64,000 nucleotides of DNA from Bacteroidia bacterium. Lineage in GTDB: Bacteria > Bacteroidota > Bacteroidia > NS11-12g > UBA9320. Shown piece after piece: positions 18,509 to 28,888 of this stretch. The notes below the pieces were generated by a model. The model ran no database searches, had not been told where the DNA came from, and saw only the letters and a list, made by a program, of their open reading frames with translations. Location: NCBI GenBank assembly GCA_965216465.1, contig CBDCFW010000001.1, forward strand, positions 224,001-288,000. The letters run 5' to 3'. Within the stretch, counting starts at the first letter, position 1; every line of letters starts with the position of its first letter. Both the position numbers and the translations under genes were made by a program.

Positions 18509-20017
18509 TTATTTGTAAAGCTTGTTAACCAGCCCTTTTATTTGAAGCTTATCCGTATTATTAAATACTAAATAATACACTATCGACACAAGAGCAGCAG
18601 TTATCCCTAGGCCTGCCAAAAGTAGGTGAATCCAATTTGCAACTCCCTCTAAGCTAACCCATTGACTGTTTAAGACCAGAACAAACAATACAAGTATACC
18701 CAAAGGCAACAGTGTTGTTTTGGCAAAGTATTTTCCGGCATTAACTCCTATTGCCTTGTACACAAAAAGATAGAGTAAAATTACAGTTACCGATCCTGTT
18801 CCGTATGTTGCTAGCACCGCTCCGGGACCACCAAGTTCAACTACCAGAAAGTACGTTAAAACCAGTCCGACAAAAGCCATTGTAATTGTAATTAATGAAT
18901 ACTTCTTAACGATTCCAGTTGCCAAAAGACTTTGATTTAGAATAGCCACCGATTTAACAATAAAAATGAGAATGAGTATCCATCTTATCAGGATGGCATA
19001 TTGTGCGTATTCGCTACCCACCCATAAATTTGTAAAGGGCACAATTAGTATGGCAATAGTCGCTACAATTACAAAATTCAGCCCGTTTAGTAACCTTCCT
19101 GAAGCCAGCGTTTTGGCTAGCAACTCTTCCTTCCCTTTTGTGTAGAACATTCTAACAAAGACTGGCATTATTGCAGAGGTACTGATTTCCATAAGTTTCA
19201 GCGTATTAATGATAAGTGTTTGAACAATACTATACGCTGTAATTGCTAGAGGACCACTCGCCGCAGCGATAATTATGGTATCAAATTGTTTAACTACAAT
19301 GCCTGAAACCTTATTCAGTAGTGTCCAAATGCTGAATGAATAAATTTCTTTAAGTGTTTTCTTATTGATGGAGAATAGTTTAAGTGACCACTTCAATTTT
19401 TTGTTAATAGACTTGCTCCAGTAGAACCAAAGTGGTATAAACAAAATCTGTTGAGTGACAAATATGTGCACAATCCCATAATCCAACATGGCCAATACAA
19501 TGGCACTACTTACAGAAACGATACTCAGAACTGATTTACCATAATTACGATAAGCGTGCATTTCCATTCCGAGCAAGGTTCCTTCTAGGATTTTTGCTGG
19601 CCACTTAATAAAGGAAAATACAATCATTACCAGAACAATAGTCGAGAATGCTCCAGTGTATTCTTCTGAAAGATTTAGCTTATCAAAAAAGAAGTTATTG
19701 AAGTAAAGTAGTATGGCAAGTGCTGCTGCATTTATTACTCCAATAATGGCATAGATGTTGGCACTGGTACTTATTACTTCGTTTACGTTCTTGTTATCTT
19801 TTAATGCTAGGTACTTAGCTGTAAAACGTGTAACACCTGAAGTTAACCCCGTATCCATAATTAAAAAAGTACCCGAGATTCCGTAAGCTAGAACCAATAC
19901 ACCATAGCCTTCAACTCCAAGAAACTTTATAAGAATAGGAATCGACAGAATATTAAGAAAGATGTTTATCACTCTAGCTACTCCGAACGACAAGGTATTT
20001 CTAAGCAGTGACGGCAA
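18509..20017 (-). CDS. wzx: Wzx oligosaccharide flippase (module B)
   Basis: About 500 aa, multi-TM, LGVEGYG, DTGL, FDTIII. Confidence 0.85.
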   Translation of the reverse strand: MPSLLRNTLSFGVARVINIFLNILSIPILIKFLGVEGYGVLVLAYGISGTFLIMDTGLTSGVTRFTAKYLALKDNKNVNEVISTSANIYAIIGVINAAALAILLYFNNFFFDKLNLSEEYTGAFSTIVLVMIVFSFIKWPAKILEGTLLGMEMHAYRNYGKSVLSIVSVSSAIVLAMLDYGIVHIFVTQQILFIPLWFYWSKSINKKLKWSLKLFSINKKTLKEIYSFSIWTLLNKVSGIVVKQFDTIIIAAASGPLAITAYSIVQTLIINTLKLMEISTSAIMPVFVRMFYTKGKEELLAKTLASGRLLNGLNFVIVATIAILIVPFTNLWVGSEYAQYAILIRWILILIFIVKSVAILNQSLLATGIVKKYSLITITMAFVGLVLTYFLVVELGGPGAVLATYGTGSVTVILLYLFVYKAIGVNAGKYFAKTTLLPLGILVLFVLVLNSQWVSLEGVANWIHLLLAGLGITAALVSIVYYLVFNNTDKLQIKGLVNKLYK

Positions 20018-20023
20018 TATTAT

Positions 20024-20923
20024 CTAGGCTATTTTACGAAGTCCTTTCAGAATCTTCTCCCTCAGTAAGAATAGATTATACGAAACATTAAACTTGATAT
20101 TTGTCCAGCTCATGCCTAAGTTTCCTTCTTCATATCCTAACAGTTTAATATGTTTTTTCAGCTTGTAATTCGCTACGGGTATTAATTTCGAGTCGGCATT
20201 TTTCCATCGGTATACCGCAGAAGAATCAAACAACTTAGAAACATCTCCAAAGGATGAATTGTTGGTGTACTTCTTGCCGTCTCTTATTATGAGCTGTTCC
20301 AAATCTGGGGTAATGTTTGTTCCCAAAAACTCAGTAAGTTCTTTGCAGATTTCATCCTTTTGTAGGATTAAATCCTCGTACTTTAGAAAGTAGAAGTTCG
20401 AATATTGGTTAGAAAGTTCAATGGCTAGATTTAAGCTTTCAGTCATATCGCGTATGTATCTGCGAATTTCAAACTTCGCAAATCTGTTTTCTGATGAAAG
20501 GAGTACATCTCTAGGATCTCTATAAATGTAAATTACTTTATGGTTATTAATCAGTAATTGTTCTAAGTAATAAAGTTCTTCTGTTTTTTTAATACCTACG
20601 AGGTTAACATTCTCCGATTCATCGAGCTTTGATAGCTCATGTAGACATTGAACAAATAACTCGTTTACCGTATTAAACTTGCCTGCGTTGATGTTTAACT
20701 CGATATCAAAATTAAAACACTCTGCCTCCAAGCTACTGACTAAGATATTCTTTTCTTTAGGGCCTAGTGGCTTATTCATGTCTCTGATATCCAAGTCTTT
20801 ACCGTTATTAAATATCGACCTTAAAAAATCAGAATACACCACAACGTGATGCTGACTGTTGAGCAGGTTGCATAGAAATGTGGTTCCTGACCTCATTTTC
20901 CCGGTTATAAAAACACTATTCAT
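20024..20923 (-). CDS. Sulfotransferase
   Basis: ITGKMRSGTTFL, YRDPRDVLLS, KYEDLI. Confidence 0.88.
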   Translation of the reverse strand: MNSVFITGKMRSGTTFLCNLLNSQHHVVVYSDFLRSIFNNGKDLDIRDMNKPLGPKEKNILVSSLEAECFNFDIELNINAGKFNTVNELFVQCLHELSKLDESENVNLVGIKKTEELYYLEQLLINNHKVIYIYRDPRDVLLSSENRFAKFEIRRYIRDMTESLNLAIELSNQYSNFYFLKYEDLILQKDEICKELTEFLGTNITPDLEQLIIRDGKKYTNNSSFGDVSKLFDSSAVYRWKNADSKLIPVANYKLKKHIKLLGYEEGNLGMSWTNIKFNVSYNLFLLREKILKGLRKIA

Positions 20924-21722
20924 TTCCTGAATATACCTTGTCTTTTAAACTTCTAATTTGTTCTAAATTGTTTTTATAAAAATCACTGATCTTCTTAACA
21001 ATTTCGCTGTTTAAACTTGCTTGCTGACGCATACTATTTATGTCGAGTAACGCTGTTTCTTGCAAGAGCAGTTTACGTACATCTGCATACGATGGTATTT
21101 CAATTTTATCGAATCGATGAAAGAGTTGTGAGATCAATTCAAAATCTTCTGGATAATCAGATGTGATTCTAATATTTTCCAGTTTTAGATGTTCAGGTGT
21201 TTCAACTCTTAACACATTAAAAACATCTGGCTGATTAATTAAATGGCCCCAGATTTCCGTATCTATTTCTTCCTTTATTTGACAAACAACTTTTAATGCC
21301 CTTGTCTTCAATCCATATACCGCACAACCAATTGGCAATCCTTCGATATAGGCAAAGTCAGCCTGGTTCTCAATCAGTTCTGTTTTTAGCTGATGTGCCA
21401 TGTCAATTGAAAACAATGGGTTTTCTCCGGTTATATTGATTACGTAGTCTAAGCTATGGGTCTCAGCAGCATCTTTTAACCTTGTTAGCACATCTCCTTC
21501 ACTTCCTCTAAAACATTGAATACCTGCTTTTTTCGCAATCACTTCTAATGGATTATCCTGATAGAAGGTTGACGTACAGAGTATTACATTTTCTGAAGGA
21601 ATTACTTGCTTTGCTCGATCAATCACACGTTCAACCATCGTTTTGCCGTTAAGGCCTAACAATAGCTTGTAGGGCAATCTTGATGATTTCAAACGTGCAG
21701 TAATCAGAAATCCTATTTTCAT
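20916..21722 (-). CDS. SpsF-like cytidylyltransferase
   Basis: ARLKSSRLPYK, FRGSEGDVLTR, ITGENP, TSDYPED. Confidence 0.85.
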   Translation of the reverse strand: MKIGFLITARLKSSRLPYKLLLGLNGKTMVERVIDRAKQVIPSENVILCTSTFYQDNPLEVIAKKAGIQCFRGSEGDVLTRLKDAAETHSLDYVINITGENPLFSIDMAHQLKTELIENQADFAYIEGLPIGCAVYGLKTRALKVVCQIKEEIDTEIWGHLINQPDVFNVLRVETPEHLKLENIRITSDYPEDFELISQLFHRFDKIEIPSYADVRKLLLQETALLDINSMRQQASLNSEIVKKISDFYKNNLEQIRSLKDKVYSGNE

Positions 21723-22777
21723 TTTGTATTTTTAAATTGAGAAATATCTGCGATAGTGAATTTGTACTCGACTTTTCCGAAGTCTATGATTTCATCCTTT
21801 TCAATTCTGTGCTTAGTCTTAAGCCCTAAAATATCTTGTAATTGAAGCTGTTTTAATGTCGATGAATCATTGGTACGTTTAAAGGCTATGTGGTCTAGCG
21901 TTAGCAATTCACCTTGCTCAATAACTTTTGAAGCTACAATTGCCTTTTTCATTGGTCCTGTGTCTCCATACTTCTTTTCCGCAGCTGAAAGTTCAAGCGA
22001 CCCGTTTCCAAGTACCGTAAATGCTGTATTCTGAAGTTCTTTAATTTTCTTCATGGTGTCGATTGACACTGCACTTTGGGCATCAATTCTTTTATCGCCA
22101 TATGCATGCGTAAAATGCTTCTCTAAAACATTCACACCAACCGCTGTGGCCATCACGCTCACAAATGCATTATTGTCATCTTCGGGGTCGGTATGGTCTG
22201 CATAGCCAATGGGGTAATTGAATAAAGATTGATATTTCTTCAATCGTTCTAAGTTCACATCAGCATAGTCGGTTGGGTAGTTTTGAAATCCATACATTAA
22301 GAAAATGTCGGTTTTGTTTCTTTTCTCCAAGAAGTCGATGGCGTAAAATATTTCATCCAAAGAAGAACCACCAACGCCAAGAATGACAGTTCCATTAAAC
22401 TTTGAAGCTTCTTCGAGCAGGAAGTAGTCATTTAAACCTGTTGCGTGCAGTTCAATAGCCTTGCACGGAATGTTCTTATTCAAAATCCAACGCAGCGAGT
22501 TTACATCGTTGCAGAGGTAAATAACATCAATATTTTTACTCGAGGTATATTCCGAAATCTCAGTCCATTGACCTTCATCTAAACACCACTTAGCCAAATC
22601 GTTTATTGCAGCATGTTCAGCAATCATGTATTCATTGATATCCATCAACAAGTGAAATTTAACAGCATTCAACTTGAGACTTTCTGCATGATCAACTAAC
22701 TGCTTTAAAAAGGGCACATCCCCTTCATGATGAAATGCTGTTTCTCCTATGAGATAAGGTATGTTACTGGGAATCAT
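21719..22777 (-). CDS. Atypical NeuB/SpsE-family nonulosonic acid synthase with SAF domain
   Basis: IGETAFHHEGD, QNYPT, GYADHT, LEKHFT, C-terminal KKAIVA SAF domain. Confidence 0.82.
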   Translation of the reverse strand: MIPSNIPYLIGETAFHHEGDVPFLKQLVDHAESLKLNAVKFHLLMDINEYMIAEHAAINDLAKWCLDEGQWTEISEYTSSKNIDVIYLCNDVNSLRWILNKNIPCKAIELHATGLNDYFLLEEASKFNGTVILGVGGSSLDEIFYAIDFLEKRNKTDIFLMYGFQNYPTDYADVNLERLKKYQSLFNYPIGYADHTDPEDDNNAFVSVMATAVGVNVLEKHFTHAYGDKRIDAQSAVSIDTMKKIKELQNTAFTVLGNGSLELSAAEKKYGDTGPMKKAIVASKVIEQGELLTLDHIAFKRTNDSSTLKQLQLQDILGLKTKHRIEKDEIIDFGKVEYKFTIADISQFKNTK

Positions 22778-22783
22778 ATTGTT

Positions 22784-23830
22784 TTATAATTTAAGATGGT
22801 GTATATCTCTTTGAGCTTTTTCTAAATCTTGGTGCTTTCCGATATCAAGCCAGTACCCGAGGATTGGATAATGCAAAACCTTTTTATTGTTTTGAATCAG
22901 GCTGTCAATTAAAGAAGTTGCATCAAAATACTGATTGTCTGGAAGCATATCGATGAGTTCTTTTTTGAAGATATATATACCCGCATTCGAATAATACGTA
23001 TACGTGGGTTTTTCTTTAATATCGATTACCAATTCATTCTCCGACTCTACAACGCCATAAGGAATTTCTACTTCGTGAGTAGTTGTTGCTACTATTAAGT
23101 CTCCATCTTTATCAATTAGATCCTGAAAGATATCTTCAAAGTCAATATCGGTTAGAATGTCAGAATTCATAACCAAAACATAATCGTTGTAGATTTCTGG
23201 AATTAGGGTAAGGGCTCCCATCGTACCCAAAGGTTTATCTTCGTCTGTGTAGGTTAAGTTGATATCCTTCGCTGAGCCATCTCCAAAATAGTTCTTGATC
23301 TGATCAGATAGATAATTAACTGTTAGTACCTGTCTCTTCATTCCGAAGTCTCTAAGACGGTCAATATTGTATTCAACAATAGGTTTGCTACCAACTTTGA
23401 TTAAAGGTTTGGGAAGGTTTTCGGTTAGCGGCATTAGTCTTTTCCCTCTACCTCCAGCCATAATTACCGCATCAATGGGTAGGTATGACTTTTGTATTCT
23501 GAAATTTACAATATCAACTATGTTATGCTCATCATCAACAACCGGAATTATTCTAAAATTCTTTTCCCGCCATTCTTGCATTTGGCTTATAGAATAAGCG
23601 TTTACAGAAAAGTATTTGGGGTCTTTACCTACAAAACTAGATATGTCTGACTCCAAAGTGAGACCATTAATGAAGCCTCTTCTAATATCTCCATCTGTTA
23701 AAGATCCAATGAGTTTCTGATTTTCATCAACGAGAAACAAAATAGCATCAGACGCCAACTTGTCTAGCCGCTGAAGCACAGACCTAACACTTATATCTTT
23801 GCCAATAATGTGTTCTGAGATTGTAGTCAT
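22784..23830 (-). CDS. CBS-domain sugar-1-phosphate nucleotidyltransferase, PtmE-like
   Basis: GSLTDGDIRR, MAGGRGKRLMPLT..PKPL, PLGTMG, WLDIG. Confidence 0.88.
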   Translation of the reverse strand: MTTISEHIIGKDISVRSVLQRLDKLASDAILFLVDENQKLIGSLTDGDIRRGFINGLTLESDISSFVGKDPKYFSVNAYSISQMQEWREKNFRIIPVVDDEHNIVDIVNFRIQKSYLPIDAVIMAGGRGKRLMPLTENLPKPLIKVGSKPIVEYNIDRLRDFGMKRQVLTVNYLSDQIKNYFGDGSAKDINLTYTDEDKPLGTMGALTLIPEIYNDYVLVMNSDILTDIDFEDIFQDLIDKDGDLIVATTTHEVEIPYGVVESENELVIDIKEKPTYTYYSNAGIYIFKKELIDMLPDNQYFDATSLIDSLIQNNKKVLHYPILGYWLDIGKHQDLEKAQRDIHHLKL

Positions 23831-24933
23831 ATTCTTTTTAATGCATTTATGATTGTTGTAGCACTATTAGCAGATTGATAAATGTTTTCACCTGTAAATT
23901 CTGGATCATTTTCAATCGCAGCAATAGCCTTTTTAATTTCATCCCAACTCACCGCAGTGTTGTAAATGTTTTTGCTTTGAGCTCTACCCTTTTGTCGATC
24001 TCCGATGTTAATTACATATTTTCCAAATGAAGCTGCTTCGATAATGCCGCTTGATGTATTTCCTAACAGAAATTGGCTCAGCTTCATGCATGAAAAGTAG
24101 CTTAAGGTGCCTAATGACTCAACGCATTTAATGTTTTGATGCTCTTCTGCGAGCTCTGAGAATAACGCTCTAAATTGTGCATTATTCGTATCCATGTTTG
24201 GCATCGTTATTACTACTTGATACTGTTCTGCAATTTCTTCTAAAGACAACTTAAGCTCAGTAATGTGTTGATCATTTTGAACCGTATTAACCGTTTCAGG
24301 ATGAAACGTGAATAGCACTGTTGAAATGTCCATATCGATGTTCCATCTGCTCAAAAACTCTTCGCAATTCAAAAGCGACATGTTATTCAGGTTCTCGAGG
24401 CTGATTGAGCCACTATTCCAAACATTTTCATCACTTCCCACCATGTCCGCAACTCGCTCCTTATATTGGGCAGTCGTTGTGAAATGATATTTAGCCATAG
24501 CAGTAATAGCATGTCTATATTTATTGTCGATTGCACCCAACGTTGTTTCTCCACCGTGAATATGAGCAATGTCAAGATTAAAAGGAACGGTTGCAGCTAC
24601 AGCGGCAAACATTTCATATCGGTCACCAAGCGCAAATACAAGGGGATTGTGCTTCGATACTTCTTGCCAGATGGTTGAAAATTCATTTTGCAAGTCTCCC
24701 ACATATCGCGATATAGCTTCCGCTGAATCGTTTTCCGGTAAGGCCTTAACTCGATGAGATACCTTAAAACCATCTTTTATGATCGAATCAATTGTGTATC
24801 CATGATTTTTTGACAAATGAGATCCAAAAGCAATGATGTTTAAGTCAAAGTACGGGTCTTCTTCAAGCCGCTTTAACAGTGGCAAATAAATCCCGTAATC
24901 GGCTCTCGAGCTGGTTAATACGTATACGTTCAT
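23827..24933 (-). CDS. neuC: Hydrolysing NDP-HexNAc 2-epimerase (NeuC/LegG)
   Basis: TSSRADYG, LGDRYE, HIHGGE, FHPET, GNTSSGIIEA, GDRQKGR; start moved to MNVYVLT. Confidence 0.9.
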   Translation of the reverse strand: MNVYVLTSSRADYGIYLPLLKRLEEDPYFDLNIIAFGSHLSKNHGYTIDSIIKDGFKVSHRVKALPENDSAEAISRYVGDLQNEFSTIWQEVSKHNPLVFALGDRYEMFAAVAATVPFNLDIAHIHGGETTLGAIDNKYRHAITAMAKYHFTTTAQYKERVADMVGSDENVWNSGSISLENLNNMSLLNCEEFLSRWNIDMDISTVLFTFHPETVNTVQNDQHITELKLSLEEIAEQYQVVITMPNMDTNNAQFRALFSELAEEHQNIKCVESLGTLSYFSCMKLSQFLLGNTSSGIIEAASFGKYVINIGDRQKGRAQSKNIYNTAVSWDEIKKAIAAIENDPEFTGENIYQSANSATTIINALKRI

Positions 24934-25949
24934 TCTAAATCGTGCCAAGAAAGCATCATTTCTTGATCAGCATTCTTCTTCATTCTTTTACCCAGAACCT
25001 GATCAATTTCCATTGGACTAATACCATCTCCGGGTCTCTTGATGCTCAGATCATCCATCGTTAAAATATGGCCCTGTTTTGTATTGGCTTTAACAAATAT
25101 GCTCTTACGTGCAATTGCTCGGTTTTTCAGCTCAGAGTTTGATGGTCTTTTAATTCCATCACCAAGTGCTTTTTCAATATTTCTAATTGAGCGAATCATC
25201 TCAGTCAATTCATTAGGATCTAAAGATGCTTTATGATCTGGACCATCCATTTGCTTATCGAGCGTAAAGTGTTTTTCGATGCAAACAGCTCCCATAGCCA
25301 CAGCCGCAATAGGAATTTCAATTCCAGTTGTATGATCAGAATAACCGGTTCTTACATCTAGCTCATTAGCCATAGTAACCATAGCAGCCAGATTCACATC
25401 CGACATCGGAGTTGGGTATTCTGTATTGCAATGAAGAAGCATAAGGTCTTCGTTTTTAACACCATGCTCGCGAAGCACAGCTACTGCTGCCTTTACTTCA
25501 TCCATTTCACACATTCCAGTCGACATGATAATGGGCTTCTTGGTTTGTGCAATTTTTCTCAAATAAGGTAAATTGGTAATTTCCCCAGATGGTATTTTGA
25601 ACAGGTCTAAATCTAAGGCAGATAGATAGTCAATGCTTGCTACATCAAATGGAGTAGACAAGAATTTAATTCCTTTAACAGCACAATGTTTCATAAGCTC
25701 AGAATGCATGCTTGAACTCAGCTCCAGTTTCTTGAGCATTTCAAATTGAGTCTCATCCTTATCTGAACCATTTTCTATTTGATATTGAGCTTTTTGAGCA
25801 TTTCGGCTAACCAAACTTTCGGCCTTGAAAGTTTGAAATTTCACGTAATCAGCCCCAGCTTCGGCAGCAACATTTACCAGTTCTTTAGCGAGGTTTATAT
25901 CACCATTGTGATTGACCCCTGCTTCTGCTATAATTAGAACTTTGTTCAT
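24930..25949 (-). CDS. neuB: Nonulosonic acid synthase (NeuB/LegI)
   Basis: IIAEAGVNHNGD, KFQTF, KIPSGEITN, LHCNTEYPTP, GYSDHT, EKHFTLD, GPDH. Confidence 0.93.
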   Translation of the reverse strand: MNKVLIIAEAGVNHNGDINLAKELVNVAAEAGADYVKFQTFKAESLVSRNAQKAQYQIENGSDKDETQFEMLKKLELSSSMHSELMKHCAVKGIKFLSTPFDVASIDYLSALDLDLFKIPSGEITNLPYLRKIAQTKKPIIMSTGMCEMDEVKAAVAVLREHGVKNEDLMLLHCNTEYPTPMSDVNLAAMVTMANELDVRTGYSDHTTGIEIPIAAVAMGAVCIEKHFTLDKQMDGPDHKASLDPNELTEMIRSIRNIEKALGDGIKRPSNSELKNRAIARKSIFVKANTKQGHILTMDDLSIKRPGDGISPMEIDQVLGKRMKKNADQEMMLSWHDLE

Positions 25950-26831
25950 TTATTTTAAGATTGTTCCTACGGCAATTTCAGACTCTGATCGATAACTAAG
26001 TATCTTAATTGCCGAGTCTAACGTTTTCACTACTAGTGATTTACCTTCTGCTTCTAAAACTTCTCCCGGAACTCCTTCTGTTTCAACCTCAGCGAGTTCA
26101 ATCGCTTTTTCTATTTGAATTTCTTCGCCGTTTGAAGTGGTTCTTGCATTGGGTCCTGGATGGCTAATTGCTCTTACAAAATTGAACAGCTGTCTGCTAG
26201 TTTGATTCCAATCAACAATCTCGTCGCCAACTTTTCGCATTCTACAATACGACCCTTTAGCATCGATTGATTCTTGACTTATTCGTTGCACCTTCTTCTC
26301 TTTAATATTCACCAAGGCTTCGTGTAGAATAGAAGCACACTCGGTGTGGGCTATTTTAAGTAATGAGCCATAATTGTCTTCATCGCTGATAGGATAACTT
26401 CGTTGTAAGATAATATCTCCGGTATCTATCCCTGGATCGATGTAATGCACGGTAATACCGAACTCCTTCTCATCATTAATCAATGCCCAATTCAAGATGT
26501 TTCGACCTCTATAAAAAGGAAGTTTTCCCGCATGGCAATTGATTGTTTTAAGCGGTGGGAGCTCGATCATTTCTTCTTTGAAGATTTGATTAAACGACAT
26601 AGAGACAAAAATGTTGCAGTCGTACTTTTTCACAGTCTCAATAAATTCTTCAGAATTTATGTTTGCATGTTTCAGGACGTCTATACCTCTTTCTTTAGCT
26701 TTTTGAGCAAGTACAGCATCGGTAGAATCATTTCGTACACAAACAAATTGGATGCTAAACCGAGGGTCAGAGATGATCTTGTCGAATGCATTGTGTGCCC
26801 AGATCCCATCTCCAAAGTATCCTAGCTTCAT
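25950..26831 (-). CDS. Fmt-like sugar N-formyltransferase
   Basis: INCHAGKLPFYRG, HYIDPGIDTGDI, C-terminal Fmt domain; embedded in the leg cluster. Confidence 0.85.
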   Translation of the reverse strand: MKLGYFGDGIWAHNAFDKIISDPRFSIQFVCVRNDSTDAVLAQKAKERGIDVLKHANINSEEFIETVKKYDCNIFVSMSFNQIFKEEMIELPPLKTINCHAGKLPFYRGRNILNWALINDEKEFGITVHYIDPGIDTGDIILQRSYPISDEDNYGSLLKIAHTECASILHEALVNIKEKKVQRISQESIDAKGSYCRMRKVGDEIVDWNQTSRQLFNFVRAISHPGPNARTTSNGEEIQIEKAIELAEVETEGVPGEVLEAEGKSLVVKTLDSAIKILSYRSESEIAVGTILK

Positions 26832-27817
26832 ATATTATATATGTCGGCTTTGTAAGCCTTTAAGTTTTCTTTGATTGAGAACCACTCAATTGTTTCAGCT
26901 ATGGCTTGTTCAAATGTGAATTCAACGTCCCAATCGGTTAATTCCTTAATTTTTGAGTTATCACCAAACAATCTAAAAACCTCAGATTTTGCTGGTCTTA
27001 TTCTAGTTTCATCCAATACGATTTTAGCGTTTGGATTTATCTGTTGGATGATAATGTTTGCCACATCACCAACCGAAATTTCTGAATTGGTCGCAATGTT
27101 GCATTCTTCTCCTATTAAGGCTTTGCAATTTGCGATTGCCATAAAGCCTTTAACCGTATCTTTAACATAAAGCAAGTCTCTGGTCGGAGTTAAATCTCCA
27201 AGTTTAATTTCTTCCATTCCATTTAGAACTTGAGAAATAACCGTAGGTATAAATGCTCGTGCCGATTGTCTAGGACCAAATGTATTGAAGGGTCTAACTA
27301 TGGTTACGGGCAGATTAAATGATCTAAAGAACGAATCTGCAATCGAGTCCGCTCCAATTTTTGTAGCAGAATAAGGCGATTGAGGTTGCTTCGGATGTTT
27401 CTCGTCTATTGGAACATATTGTGCCGTTCCGTACACCTCAGATGTTGATGTACAAAGAACGCGTTCAACATTAAATTCTTTAGCTGCTTGAAGAATGTTT
27501 AAAGTCCCTTTAATGTTGGTATCTACATACGAATCTGGTGAATGATAAGAGTACGGAATAGCTATTAAAGCTGCTAAGTGATAAATCTCGCTGCACCCTT
27601 TAACCGCTTCTCTAACTCCGTTGGGGTCTCTAATATCTCCTGAAAAAATCTCAATTTCATTGAGGAGTTCTTTGGGCAAAGTATCAAGCCATCCCCAAGA
27701 ATTAAAAGAATTGTAATAGGTAAAAGCCTTTACAGATTTACCCGACTTAATAAGTTGCTCTACAAGATGGCTACCGATAAATCCATCAGCACCAGTAACT
27801 AGAATTTTTGAATTCAT
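26828..27817 (-). CDS. legB: NDP-GlcNAc 4,6-dehydratase, LegB-like
   Basis: TGADGFIGSHL, YNSFNSWGWLD, LAALIAIPYSY, TSTSEVYGTA, RPFNTFGPRQSARA. Confidence 0.85.
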   Translation of the reverse strand: MNSKILVTGADGFIGSHLVEQLIKSGKSVKAFTYYNSFNSWGWLDTLPKELLNEIEIFSGDIRDPNGVREAVKGCSEIYHLAALIAIPYSYHSPDSYVDTNIKGTLNILQAAKEFNVERVLCTSTSEVYGTAQYVPIDEKHPKQPQSPYSATKIGADSIADSFFRSFNLPVTIVRPFNTFGPRQSARAFIPTVISQVLNGMEEIKLGDLTPTRDLLYVKDTVKGFMAIANCKALIGEECNIATNSEISVGDVANIIIQQINPNAKIVLDETRIRPAKSEVFRLFGDNSKIKELTDWDVEFTFEQAIAETIEWFSIKENLKAYKADIYNI

Positions 27818-27821
27818 TAAT

Positions 27822-28886
27822 TTACTTTAGTTCGTCTAACAAGAACCTTCGAATAACTAAAATTACAATAGAAGCTGCTATTCCCATGATCATACCAATC
27901 ATGGAATAAACAAATACTGATTTTCTTTTCTTAACCAGTGGTAAAACTGGATGCTCTAAAACATCAAATATTGAGCTATTTGTTTTCAAAGAGAAAGACC
28001 GCAATTCATAGTTCTGACGCATTTGAGCATATACTCCAGTCAGAACAGTAATATCACGTCTCATTTCCTCTTGATTAACTTGATTACTTCTTAAGATTAT
28101 CCCATAGTTTCTATCTTGAGCTCCGGCCAATTCTAGCTCTTTTGTTTTCAATAAATTTCCTACCGAATCAATTTCTCGCTTTAAGTCATCAAGTGTACTT
28201 TTGGTTGTAGAAACCTCATCATTTAGATAAAATTGGTTGAGACTTAAGAAGATGTGATTGCTTAGGTTGTATGAAAGCCCTTCGTTCAAACTTCTAACCT
28301 TAAAGCTAAGCATATCGGTAAGCTCGTTCATTTCAATGGCCAGTATTCCATCATTTTTCTTATTTCCTCTTAGGAGGTTTAAAATGCTTTTAAATGCAAC
28401 GTTTTGAACAATACTTGAATCGTTGTTTTTTTGTTCAATTTCGAATTTATCGAAGTTATTTAACAGGTCTTTATCCTTCCATTTATCTTTTAAACCATAT
28501 GCTTCAGCGAAATGATTTGCAAGCAAGTCATGTTTTCCATCAATAACCACCGAGTCGTACAGTGCTTCTTTTAAAACAGATTTTGAGAATGCAACAGACT
28601 TAACCTTAGGCAAATTGGCATTACCTCCACTTGCACCCCAGCCTAATTGACCTAGAATATTGTCGAGCCCTACCCCTTTGCTGTCTTTAGTTTTGACAAC
28701 AAATGTGAGATCAGCTTCGTAGTACGACTTAGAGAAGTATGCATACAATCCTACTGCAGTTGCTCCAGCAGCACCTAAGATGACAATAAAAAACCACTGC
28801 TTTAATACGCTTCTGAGATAATACAGTATTTTCTCGTAGGCTTCTTTGATGCTAATAGACTTTTCTTCTCCGAATTCTGGTAACAT
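27822..28886 (-). CDS. Wzz-like polysaccharide co-polymerase (module B)
   Basis: N- and C-terminal TM helices flanking a coiled-coil domain; follows the SLBB gene. Confidence 0.75.
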   Translation of the reverse strand: MLPEFGEEKSISIKEAYEKILYYLRSVLKQWFFIVILGAAGATAVGLYAYFSKSYYEADLTFVVKTKDSKGVGLDNILGQLGWGASGGNANLPKVKSVAFSKSVLKEALYDSVVIDGKHDLLANHFAEAYGLKDKWKDKDLLNNFDKFEIEQKNNDSSIVQNVAFKSILNLLRGNKKNDGILAIEMNELTDMLSFKVRSLNEGLSYNLSNHIFLSLNQFYLNDEVSTTKSTLDDLKREIDSVGNLLKTKELELAGAQDRNYGIILRSNQVNQEEMRRDITVLTGVYAQMRQNYELRSFSLKTNSSIFDVLEHPVLPLVKKRKSVFVYSMIGMIMGIAASIVILVIRRFLLDELK

Positions 28887-28888
28887 AA

